Shown here: positions 49,387 to 58,549 of the stretch, piece by piece
How positions within the stretch are numbered: position 1 is the stretch's first letter
How the letters are laid out: each line of letters begins with the position of its first letter
Source: a virus
Lineage: Duplodnaviria > Caudoviricetes
DNA: 64,000 nucleotides
Reading direction: 5' to 3' (one strand)
Virus record (IMG/VR): IMGVR_UViG_3300001528_000425
Span: 1-64,000 of that record
Program-made: the position numbers and the translations under genes
Notes under the pieces: model-generated
The model's database searches: none
What the model was told of the DNA's origin: nothing
The model's input: only the letters and a program-made list of their open reading frames with translations

Positions 49387-51489
49387 TTAAATGACAGACA
49401 TGAGATGATGCGGTTCGTAAGTTCTCATTGCTCTGGCTTCTCCTATGATAGAAGCTTGAACTTGTTCGATACCCTGAACCTTATTCTCATCATCGGTGAT
49501 ATCCTCATCCAGATAAGCTTTGATTTGACTGAGCTCTCTCTGATAAGCATTTCTGACGATAGCATTTTGCGCATGTGCGATCATCTTAAGCAACTCCTTG
49601 CCACGAGCCCGCATCTTGGCCATGCGATGCTTCGTCTCGATATCCGTAGCTTCACCTGTATCGGTGATGTTACACATGAACTCATCTGGTCGAATACCGT
49701 ACATGTGGTGGTTACGACCGAAGAGGACGAACCAGCAACACATCAGGTAGGAGATCAACAAGTCATCGTGACCTTCTACAGTGTGGTCAATACGACCATT
49801 GCGTTTAGTCAATCCCTTGAATTCATTCACCAGATCGATATCGTACAGACGATCTGCATTCAGCTGCAATGCCGTTGTCAATACGTTGCTGTACAGGGTA
49901 TCACGCGTGTTCGCTCCAGTGGTAAAACCGAAGTGTTTTCTAACCGTACCGCTTGCTAAATCAAGCGTTCTGAAGTCTGGTGTACTTGCATCGTGTTCCT
50001 GACAATACGTGTTGAAGATACGAGTGAATGGATTGAAGTTGCGATCTGCCGCCAACATCACGATCAAGAAGTCGAGCATCATAGCTCCGTTCTTGTTACG
50101 TTCCGGAATGAAGATGGATCTCGGAAAATCACTCAAGAACTTCTTGATGCATTTCGTCACGAATGCCATGTTGGTGGAGTTGCACCGGAACGTGCATACT
50201 ACAGACAGATCGAATGGATCGATCATAATGAATGTCGTATAATCGCGACCTACGTTATCTGATGTATCGGATGCCATCAGGTAAGGCTTGTTAACCAGAG
50301 ATGGATCTGCCATGATCTGCTTGGGATCTTGATACCAACGGATCATCAGTGATTCGTAGAACGTGCTGGTAACAGGTTCCTTAACTGAATGCACGGCACG
50401 TTCTATCAGTTCCTTCGGGAACAAGTTACTACCAGATCCATGCAGCCATTGATTGAGATAGTCTTTAGCGATCTTCTTGGGATCTTTACCCGCAGTCTTT
50501 TCTTCGAACCACTCTTGAGTCTTACCCAACTGCAAATGACTGTATTCCAGGTAGAATAGACGATTGTCGGAGTTGGTACGAAGTAAGTTGTTTACCTCAT
50601 CCACATTCTTGAGATCGTAGATCTTTTCATGGAATCGAATAGCATCGCATACCATCTGGAACGCATAACGACCACGCGGATCGTCAATATCTCCAGCCGT
50701 GGACGTAATCAAGATCGCAGCAGGACATCCAGATGCGATACACTGACCTTTCGCGGCATCCATAGCCGAGGTTGCCGTAGGATACGAACGATCCACGTTA
50801 TCATAGTAGCAGATTTCGTCCCAGTGCTCCCAGGAGATACTCTGACCACGACCTTGGTCTTCAGCCGCGGCTTTATCTTTTTGTGCAGTAAAGGTAAGAT
50901 ACTTGGTTGCCAATGCAGTATAAGAGATACCCTCTTTGTTATTCTCATCCGAAATAGACAATTCCAGTAGATAAGGAGGAAGGTTGTCTCGCATATCCTT
51001 AAGACGAGCCACGTTTTCGTGGACAAGCTTAGCACCTTTGGCGAACAGAGCAAATGTGATGTGATTCCCTGCAAAGAAGATTACCCAGGAAGCAAGACCG
51101 ACTGATCCGATGGTTTTACCGATCTGTCGAGGCATCGTCAGGAAGGTATTCAAACAGTTGAACGCACACCAAGCCTGTGCCAAGTTGGCACGATTCAGAA
51201 TATACGGAATACCACCAGAACCTGCAGAGCCAACCCTCACTACTTCTCTTAAGTAATACCAAGGATTGATCTTGCATTCCAATCCGATCCTGAGTTGGAG
51301 TTCTGGTGATAAGTTCTTGCTATGGGGATCTACCCCTTTCAGTTCGGGTTGCGTAAGCGCTAAGAAGAACATATTGTTCTCCACACCCATACGCTTCAAC
51401 AGAACTGCCATTTTGATGAAGCTCATGTTCCGAGTATCATAATCAACGATGGCACGTTGTGTTGCAAAGTCTTCTTGAAACAATATCAT
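49387..51489 (-). CDS. terL: Terminase large subunit (phiKZ gp25-like)
   Basis: MILFQEDF start, NPWYYLRE, PRQIGKT Walker A, GRG, WDE Walker B, TSTAG, DTS nuclease motif, PERN, IDH...HDD. Confidence 0.93.
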   Translation of the reverse strand: MILFQEDFATQRAIVDYDTRNMSFIKMAVLLKRMGVENNMFFLALTQPELKGVDPHSKNLSPELQLRIGLECKINPWYYLREVVRVGSAGSGGIPYILNRANLAQAWCAFNCLNTFLTMPRQIGKTIGSVGLASWVIFFAGNHITFALFAKGAKLVHENVARLKDMRDNLPPYLLELSISDENNKEGISYTALATKYLTFTAQKDKAAAEDQGRGQSISWEHWDEICYYDNVDRSYPTATSAMDAAKGQCIASGCPAAILITSTAGDIDDPRGRYAFQMVCDAIRFHEKIYDLKNVDEVNNLLRTNSDNRLFYLEYSHLQLGKTQEWFEEKTAGKDPKKIAKDYLNQWLHGSGSNLFPKELIERAVHSVKEPVTSTFYESLMIRWYQDPKQIMADPSLVNKPYLMASDTSDNVGRDYTTFIMIDPFDLSVVCTFRCNSTNMAFVTKCIKKFLSDFPRSIFIPERNKNGAMMLDFLIVMLAADRNFNPFTRIFNTYCQEHDASTPDFRTLDLASGTVRKHFGFTTGANTRDTLYSNVLTTALQLNADRLYDIDLVNEFKGLTKRNGRIDHTVEGHDDLLISYLMCCWFVLFGRNHHMYGIRPDEFMCNITDTGEATDIETKHRMAKMRARGKELLKMIAHAQNAIVRNAYQRELSQIKAYLDEDITDDENKVQGIEQVQASIIGEARAMRTYEPHHLMSVI

Positions 51490-51619
51490 ACGTACACCTT
51501 GTGTGGTTATAGTTGTTAGACTACTTGACGAGCTAGTCAACAGCATAAGATGATAACGATGACAAAAAATAAACCAGAGAACGGGGAGAGGGTGGTAGCC
51601 ACCCTCTCCCCGTGTTCGA

Positions 51620-51856
51620 TCATGCTGTGTGCATCTTCAGTTCAGCTTGTGTACTTTTCACACGCTCAAGCAACGTGTGTAGTCCAAGCGTACTCTTGAT
51701 GAGTTCTCGCTCGGAGGCGAGCGCCAGAAGAGTGTTGTCGATCATTTCGAGCTCCGCATCGGTGTTGTGCGGATTGGCACGCATTTCAATGAGACGCAAC
51801 GCTGCTTCTTTGTTCCATGTCAGCATGTCGAGAAGTTGGTCGGTATTAGCGTTCAT
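51620..51856 (-). CDS. Hypothetical early protein
   Basis: 78 aa, AGGAGG RBS. Confidence 0.6.
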   Translation of the reverse strand: MNANTDQLLDMLTWNKEAALRLIEMRANPHNTDAELEMIDNTLLALASERELIKSTLGLHTLLERVKSTQAELKMHTA

Positions 51857-51869
51857 AAGGAACCTCCTA

Positions 51870-52085
51870 TCAGTTGTTCTTGTATTTTTGCATGAGACGA
51901 TCCGTCTTGTATCTGTCTATCGTAGACATGATAGCAAGAGTAAGGATGAAGAGAGCCGGAGGAAGACCAGTAATGATCCACCAACGACTTCCACCTTCAT
52001 CCAGCATATACCTTCCGAAGATCGGTAGAAAGACAAAGACAGCAAAGAACAGGATGATACGAACAGAAGCGGTGAAGTATTTCAT
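51870..52085 (-). CDS. Small two-TM early membrane protein
   Basis: 71 aa, AAGGAG RBS, after promoter at 52135-52142. Confidence 0.65.
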   Translation of the reverse strand: MKYFTASVRIILFFAVFVFLPIFGRYMLDEGGSRWWIITGLPPALFILTLAIMSTIDRYKTDRLMQKYKNN

Positions 52086-52228
52086 AATTAAATCTCCTTA
52101 AGGTTAAATTGTTTTATGTACTAACTTCACCTAAGTAATGTATACATGAAATACCTCGATCGACATAAATAAAGAAAAGAAGATAGGTACTCCAGGGGGA
52201 ACGCCACCCCTGGAGTACCTAGTCTTAA

Positions 52229-52984
52229 TTAGTTGGAGATAGAAGCTTGGTTGATCTGTTCAACTTTCGTTTGCAGATCTTTACCGAACAACGTCAGAAT
52301 AGAACGGTGCGTGTACATACCATCCATTTCTTCTGCTGTGAACAATCCACGACTCACGATGTAGTCGCGGAATTCACTCCAAGTTGTTTTCGCTTCATTG
52401 AGCGCGTTTTCGATATCGGCGGTGTTGCCGATGGCTCCAGAACAGAGTTGTTCGAGTCTGATCCATCCGATCTTCGAAATGGTAACTCGATCTCCCGTAA
52501 GCCACAAAGCCACGCGCGGCATGGAGCAAAGACTTCCAGCGTACGTTGTCAGGTGTGCTTTACACCGACAGCATGCGGAGAGAAGAGCCCGGTACGGAGT
52601 TGCTTGTACACCGATCGCCGTTTCAGCGTCGATCGTGATATGCACTGCATCCCGTTCCGTTGCAGCATCGAGGACTGCCACATATTTCGGGGTATGGATC
52701 ACGAACTGTCCAGTCAGGATGATCCTGATCAGGGAACTGCCGTCACTCCTGATATCTCGAGACATATAGCACGGACACGGCTGCTGTGGCTGTTGCTGGT
52801 TACCAGGATCGTTGTTGGAAGGGGTGCCGCCCATCTCAACTGATCCCCAGAACGCTTCCATAGCAGCAAGAGATGCATCAGCATCTCCTTGCAAGTCCGT
52901 TACATCCGTCAGTGCTGACAGCTCTCCACCGAAGAGGTCGATGTTCATCCCCTCTTCTTGGTTTTGTTTCTGTACATCACTCAC
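52229..52984 (-). CDS. Degenerate ClpP-like protein (probably non-catalytic)
   Basis: Aligns by eye to the adjacent ClpP (GSLCSM, LWLTGDRVTI, SGAIGNTADI), but the His position reads IRLEQ and the TPGG loop is absent. Confidence 0.6.
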   Translation of the reverse strand: MSDVQKQNQEEGMNIDLFGGELSALTDVTDLQGDADASLAAMEAFWGSVEMGGTPSNNDPGNQQQPQQPCPCYMSRDIRSDGSSLIRIILTGQFVIHTPKYVAVLDAATERDAVHITIDAETAIGVQATPYRALLSACCRCKAHLTTYAGSLCSMPRVALWLTGDRVTISKIGWIRLEQLCSGAIGNTADIENALNEAKTTWSEFRDYIVSRGLFTAEEMDGMYTHRSILTLFGKDLQTKVEQINQASISN

Positions 52985-52993
52985 GATTGTACC

Positions 52994-53998
52994 TCACTTC
53001 TTGGGCATGCATTCGAACTCAAGTTCGTTCGGATCGCAGCACCCTTCTTCTTCCTCGCGATAATATTCCTCTTCATCGGGGATGTCGAGATCGTCGTCAT
53101 CGTCATCCTCGTGATCATCATCGTCCGATTCGTTGGACGGATTCTGGATGGTTTTGATCTCCTTGCCGTTGTCCAACTTGGTGGTCTCGTCATCCTGGGT
53201 CGTACCGATCTTGGTTTGATCATCCGCGGCTTTCTCGGGTTCCGGTTTCGGAGCCTGCGGAGAATCCGCCGGGATCACAGGTTCGGCATTCGGTTTCACC
53301 GGAACTTCCTTGGTAGCCGGCTCCGTCGGAGTAGCTTCCGGTTCCGGGCAAGGAACGACTTCCGTGCCAGCTTCGTTGTAAACGTGGAAACCTTCAGTTG
53401 CTGCAACCACGCCCACGATACGCATACGCATCTGTTCGGCGGTGATGTAGCAGTCTTCTTTGTTGTCGGTGATCTGCTTGTATTCGGCATCGGTAAGGAT
53501 ACCGGCGGTCACCATTTCACTGAGTAATTGTTTCATGTATTCCACCATGTAAGTTGCTTCTTCTTTGATTCGATCACTGTTGCCTTGAGAACCATGAGAG
53601 GTTCCATGGAACATGAACTTGCCCCATTTACCGATACGACGTTCGTGTCCATGATACCAGAGGATCGTGCCAGCGCTTGCGCACATGCCAACTGCATCCG
53701 TGATAACATGACCTTGACAACGATCCATCGCATCGACGAGAAGCATAGCCGTAAAGACCATGCCACCGGGAGTATCGAGAGCCATCTCGATGACATCTCC
53801 TTTGCGAGCATAGAACAGTTCAGACAACAGTTCGATATAGCAGGAAAGAGGTCCGATGGGACCTGCGATCTGCACCGTCACGTGACGATGGTATTCTCCT
53901 TCTTTCTCACCAGGGATCTGCTTGACCGTAATCAAGGGACCTTTGGTGGGCCAAGGAGGAGCCATCCTCTCCGGTTTGGTTGTATCGAGATATGCCAT
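52994..53998 (-). CDS. ClpP-like serine protease with Pro-rich/acidic tail
   Basis: LDTPGG, GMCASAG (Ser), FMFHG (His), EDCYITAE (Asp). Confidence 0.85.
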   Translation of the reverse strand: MAYLDTTKPERMAPPWPTKGPLITVKQIPGEKEGEYHRHVTVQIAGPIGPLSCYIELLSELFYARKGDVIEMALDTPGGMVFTAMLLVDAMDRCQGHVITDAVGMCASAGTILWYHGHERRIGKWGKFMFHGTSHGSQGNSDRIKEEATYMVEYMKQLLSEMVTAGILTDAEYKQITDNKEDCYITAEQMRMRIVGVVAATEGFHVYNEAGTEVVPCPEPEATPTEPATKEVPVKPNAEPVIPADSPQAPKPEPEKAADDQTKIGTTQDDETTKLDNGKEIKTIQNPSNESDDDDHEDDDDDDLDIPDEEEYYREEEEGCCDPNELEFECMPKK

Positions 53999-54009
53999 AG
54001 ATGAACTCC

Positions 54010-54831
54010 TTACTTGTTTCCGAAGCAAGAAGCGAACACCGATACCGGGCCCTGCGGTGTGATCAGAGCTTTGGTCTTGGGATCGTAGACTCCGTTGATC
54101 GTCTCTCGGATCTTGACGGAATTGGCTTGGAAGATATCCAGGATCTGCTGATCTCGCACAACCGATTCCATGCCAACTGATGCCATGTGTTCAAAGGCAG
54201 AACGGACATCCGCCTCATCGACAGATATGCTCATGCTCTCGGTTGCTGCTGATACAGAAGGATCGGCGTAGCGAGCATTGGTTTCTCGGTAACCAGGAGT
54301 TCCTTCAGCGTCGAACGTAACCACAGCAAGCATGGATTTATAGGTAATCGGGCCATCGGTACCAGTCACTCTGGCTGCCGAACGAATGGAGAACGAGACG
54401 TCACGTTTCGGATCTTCAAATCCTTCTTCCAAATACTTACCGTAAGGACCAAACGGCACGACATCTCCATAGATGATGATAAAGTCACCACTTGCAGATT
54501 TCTTACCGTAGATACCGCAGATGTAATGAGAGATCCTGGTTCTGTCGATGTACAGAAGACGTGCAATGTCTTCTTTTTTGGTGATGAGGGGATGTCCCCA
54601 CTCACCTTCCATGTTACCTTCCGCAACACCATTTCTGAATCGACCGGATACATTGGTGATGCACCGAATGACAGACTCCTGATCGTAAGAGATGTTGTTG
54701 CGTGAGGTAATGCCGAGCACGTTCAACGGAACTCCACGGAAAACACCGTTCTTGTCCGGTTTCATGCTGCGGAGTTCTCTTCCTTCCAGCTCAGGCTGAG
54801 TGGTGATGGAGAACAGAACGTTACTGTCCAT
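54010..54831 (-). CDS. Prohead (head maturation) protease, phiKZ gp175-like
   Basis: GEWGHP (His), VPFGPYG, FSIRS (Ser), TFD..TPG; C-terminal A-T-E and G-M-E self-cleavage-type motifs. Confidence 0.88.
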   Translation of the reverse strand: MDSNVLFSITTQPELEGRELRSMKPDKNGVFRGVPLNVLGITSRNNISYDQESVIRCITNVSGRFRNGVAEGNMEGEWGHPLITKKEDIARLLYIDRTRISHYICGIYGKKSASGDFIIIYGDVVPFGPYGKYLEEGFEDPKRDVSFSIRSAARVTGTDGPITYKSMLAVVTFDAEGTPGYRETNARYADPSVSAATESMSISVDEADVRSAFEHMASVGMESVVRDQQILDIFQANSVKIRETINGVYDPKTKALITPQGPVSVFASCFGNK

Positions 54832-54855
54832 ATCAACTCCTTGCAGTTGCAAATG

Positions 54856-55545
54856 TTATTGTCTCAAGATATCCTCGATGGAGCTCGGAGCGAGGTTGTG
54901 GTTGTTCGCAGCCGCGTTCACACCATCCGTGTAGTACGCTCCGATTACACGACTGGTCGTTGAAGTAGCAGCGTGTGGAACGTCAGTGAGCGGAACTTGT
55001 TGGTAATCTCCCTTCATATCGGTATTCCGGAAAGGAGTCATGATGTCGTCAGCCTTGCGAGCAAGGTGAGCGAAGATCATTTCGTAGATCGCATGATCAA
55101 CTGGAAACTTAATTCCACCGAACTTCATGATGCGGTCGAACAAGAATGATAATTCTTCGTAAGGAATCGCCTTCAAGGTCCTACCCGATTTTACGTATTC
55201 CGTATAAACCGGGAAAGTGATGAGTTGGTTCTTAACAACTTCAGTTGTCTTCAGGAGTAAGTCATTCTTCTTCAGGTGCAGTTTTACATAAGGCTCCGCA
55301 TCGATCGTGACGTTCTCGATAGAAGAAGGAACGATTTCGACATGATTAGGTGCAAACATGCCAGAGATCATTCCATCCACTTCCATGTCGAATACGCCAA
55401 GCGTTTTAACCGTAGCCTGGATCGTAAGTGCTCCATAGGATTCGTACTTCCTCGGGATGAAGATATCACAAGACTCTCCAATGAAAACAACGGGACCATT
55501 CGGCGGAGTCACACGAAACTTTTGCAATATTTCAGGGTGAAGCAT
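54856..55545 (-). CDS. Conserved jumbo-phage protein beside the head protease
   Basis: 229 aa; C-terminal GAYYTDG...SSIEDILR. Confidence 0.6.
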   Translation of the reverse strand: MLHPEILQKFRVTPPNGPVVFIGESCDIFIPRKYESYGALTIQATVKTLGVFDMEVDGMISGMFAPNHVEIVPSSIENVTIDAEPYVKLHLKKNDLLLKTTEVVKNQLITFPVYTEYVKSGRTLKAIPYEELSFLFDRIMKFGGIKFPVDHAIYEMIFAHLARKADDIMTPFRNTDMKGDYQQVPLTDVPHAATSTTSRVIGAYYTDGVNAAANNHNLAPSSIEDILRQ

Positions 55546-55559
55546 AATCCGTCCTTGGT

Positions 55560-56828
55560 TTAGGTAACAGACCCGACCAAATCCAACAATACGAATTCAG
55601 GTAAATTACTGTAATTATACCCGTCGTACAGTTTCCAGATATGGTAAGTGAGACCGTAGTTTTGCATAAGATTGTCTGTCTCTTGGTGAAGTGGAGTCTT
55701 GATGGTAGCCAGATCAGGGAACCAAGCTACCATGTGGTTGGTATACTCCACTCTGGAATAATCCAGGAATGATCGAGTTGCACGTTCCAACAAAAGACCA
55801 CCTGCTCTTTTAGGGAATTTCAACTGTCCCTTTGAGATTCGGTAGTAAGGTGGAATCAAGCTCATCCTCATTCCTGGATCATTGATCAGGATAAAGAAGT
55901 TGTTACCAGTCTTCAAGCTGGTTGCTCTATTGTGAACTGCTGTATCCACGATAGAGGTGGTGTTCCTGTGGTATTCGTATTTCGAGAGTTTTCGGTCAAG
56001 ATACTGAAGCTCGCTTGGATATCTGGTCAGATCGATACCGGCTTTCCTGTTGTTGATCAGATAGAATTCACCTGGAAGATACCATCTCCCTTCGATGACC
56101 ATAATCACGAACTTTCCGGTAAATGATTTACCAGTAGGTAGTGTAATGTCACTGAATGAAGAACCAGTACATTCCTTGAAGTGAACGAACTCTGCCCCAC
56201 CCACAGTACTGAAATCGATCAGAAGATGACCTCTCCCTGTATCGTTGCGGTTCCGCGTAAGTGTAGCCGCGTCCAACGCATAGAGCCTGTTATCCTGGAT
56301 CAAAGGAAAGCAAGTGATACCATGCACGATAGGAAGTGTATTAGACAGATTGATATCCGTCTTAGACACATCGTAGATGACGTCTTTGGCGATCCGTCTG
56401 GTAGGATAGATGTTCTCGATATACAATTTCGAGTGATCACCGTAGTTGACTTTGATCCGACTTTCGTGATCTGCCGAGATAATATCGGGAGCAGCCAATC
56501 CTTTACTTCGGATAGGAGAATCCACCAAAGTGGTACCATCTGACATAAATCTTGGAACTGCCAGATACTTCATCCGGTATTTGTCAGTCATCTCCTCAGT
56601 CAATTTAGCGGTGATTTGGTCCCACGTTTTGGCTGCACTGAAGCCCTTTTCACGTGCTAAAATAGCAGTGAAGTCCACTGGCCTTATGTCACCTTCACTC
56701 TCGAGATCCACAAGAAGATAGAGCTGTGAAGGAGATGCGTTGCGCATCCACTGCACTGGAGTTTTATAACTCAAGGTGTAGCACCCTGAATAAACTCCTC
56801 GATGTTCTACAATAGCTTTAATCTTCAT
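55560..56828 (-). CDS. Putative virion structural protein
   Basis: Probable start MKIKAIV at 56828 (AAGGA RBS, late motif at 56853-56862). Confidence 0.55.
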   Translation of the reverse strand: MKIKAIVEHRGVYSGCYTLSYKTPVQWMRNASPSQLYLLVDLESEGDIRPVDFTAILAREKGFSAAKTWDQITAKLTEEMTDKYRMKYLAVPRFMSDGTTLVDSPIRSKGLAAPDIISADHESRIKVNYGDHSKLYIENIYPTRRIAKDVIYDVSKTDINLSNTLPIVHGITCFPLIQDNRLYALDAATLTRNRNDTGRGHLLIDFSTVGGAEFVHFKECTGSSFSDITLPTGKSFTGKFVIMVIEGRWYLPGEFYLINNRKAGIDLTRYPSELQYLDRKLSKYEYHRNTTSIVDTAVHNRATSLKTGNNFFILINDPGMRMSLIPPYYRISKGQLKFPKRAGGLLLERATRSFLDYSRVEYTNHMVAWFPDLATIKTPLHQETDNLMQNYGLTYHIWKLYDGYNYSNLPEFVLLDLVGSVT

Positions 56829-56903
56829 GGATAGATCCTTATTAGTTTTAAGCATAAGATGGTTCGGTGGTATGGGATTACCCATACCACCGAACGCATG
56901 ATA

Positions 56904-57359
56904 TCACATCTTTCTTCCAATAAATCCGAGATATCCAGCGATGTTGTCACCGGAATACGCATTCAGGATGCGATCAACACACTGTGTGGTTTTCTTCCGA
57001 TCATAAGGAACATTGGTCAAGAAGTCACGAGCTGCTGCTCTACGAAATTCTTCCTTCTCTTCAGGGAACAACCTCCTCTCACGTGGCATCATGGGCCAGT
57101 TGCCCGAATAGGCTTTATCGTGAACAGCAACGAACGCACCTTTCCAGGTGTAGTATTGCTCATACGAGAAGTTCTCCGAGATATATCGGATCTCAATTAA
57201 CCCCACGTATGCTGAACGTTCGAAGTCGTTCGAGAACATAGGGATCTGTACATTCTCATCCGTGACGTAAGTATAACCCTGACTGCCATTGGAACACCCA
57301 CTCCCGCAAAGCAGAACCAACATCGCGATACCGATCAGCAGTGTAACGACATGTTTCAT
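56904..57359 (-). CDS. Putative lipoprotein
   Basis: Signal peptide MKHVVTLLIGIAMLVLLCGSGC. Confidence 0.6.
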   Translation of the reverse strand: MKHVVTLLIGIAMLVLLCGSGCSNGSQGYTYVTDENVQIPMFSNDFERSAYVGLIEIRYISENFSYEQYYTWKGAFVAVHDKAYSGNWPMMPRERRLFPEEKEEFRRAAARDFLTNVPYDRKKTTQCVDRILNAYSGDNIAGYLGFIGRKM

Positions 57360-57362
57360 GAG

Positions 57363-58394
57363 TTACTCCAGTTCTTTTGCAATCTTGTAAGTTTCTTTGT
57401 GGAACAGTTTGTACAGAGCACGCATGACCGTGAATAGGGTCTGGGCATTGAAAACGATGCTGTCGATGTATTGATTGAACCCGTAAGACGGATCGCTGTT
57501 CATCCAGTGGTATAAGGTATCCGGCCCTGATTTGATTTCTTTTACCACCATATCTCGATTCTTCTCCCAGACGGAAATACCAGCACGCAGAATATCGACA
57601 ATGGAATCCGTTTTGAAACCGAGTTCTGACAACGATCGATCTTCTTCTTGTTTGTAGAACCCATCGATTCTCAGTTTGTTGAAACTGATGCGATAAGTGC
57701 TTTCATTGAAAGTCAGTCCCATGGTGTCGAGATGATAATCTCGAGCGAGTATTCTCATCCGGCGGAAAGCTTCGGACGCCATGTCTCTGAGTTGAGCTTT
57801 CTGTTCTTCGGTTTGTTTGCTCTGGAACATCCATACTTCGAGTTTGATCCCGGCAGTGAGTTGTCCGATCTTAACCGAAAGTTGACCGAGCCGAGTGTAG
57901 TTCGAAATGAACTGTTTGTAGCTGGCAGCATTCATGTACCAGCCCTTGAGAACTTTGGTGTCAAGTTTCTCTTGAGAGATCACGATGGGCTGCTGGATGA
58001 TGCGTTCACAAATAGCCAGCTTGTCGGATTTGAACACATCGGTGATGTTGTTCTTGAACCGAACAACACGGTCTTTCAGATCAGTCAACCAGCTCTCAAG
58101 CGCAGCGTTGTAATCAGGTGTCAGTTCTCTGGTGAATTCCTTGATCAACATCAATCTCGTGGTATCATTCAACTCTTCAAAATGATCCAATTCATTCTTG
58201 TGATGTACTTCGAGTTTCTTGAAACAAGGTTCAGCTCTGAGTGTATTCACCAGAGTGAGAGCTTGTTCACCCGTGGTAACTGCTTCAAGTGCAGTGACAA
58301 CCCCGTAAACAGCCATAAGCTGTTCTACAGGTATCTGTGAATCAGTGGAATCAATAGGTTCCACCAATAAACTTTCCATGGTGTCAATGTCCAT
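57363..58394 (-). CDS. Putative internal head protein
   Basis: 343 aa; N-terminal region with T-M-E-S, A-L-E-A and A-L-E-S cleavage-like motifs. Confidence 0.55.
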   Translation of the reverse strand: MDIDTMESLLVEPIDSTDSQIPVEQLMAVYGVVTALEAVTTGEQALTLVNTLRAEPCFKKLEVHHKNELDHFEELNDTTRLMLIKEFTRELTPDYNAALESWLTDLKDRVVRFKNNITDVFKSDKLAICERIIQQPIVISQEKLDTKVLKGWYMNAASYKQFISNYTRLGQLSVKIGQLTAGIKLEVWMFQSKQTEEQKAQLRDMASEAFRRMRILARDYHLDTMGLTFNESTYRISFNKLRIDGFYKQEEDRSLSELGFKTDSIVDILRAGISVWEKNRDMVVKEIKSGPDTLYHWMNSDPSYGFNQYIDSIVFNAQTLFTVMRALYKLFHKETYKIAKELE

Positions 58395-58549
58395 AACGTC
58401 TCCTTTGACAAAAAAGAAAGGGAATTCTCAACTTATAAGAACCCACTTTAACGTAGACACAAACGTTTCACATTTGTGATATATAGCCAAAAATGTGATG
58501 AGCATAGAGACCTGTTAAGTACTCTATGCTCATCCGTTCGTATCGATAC

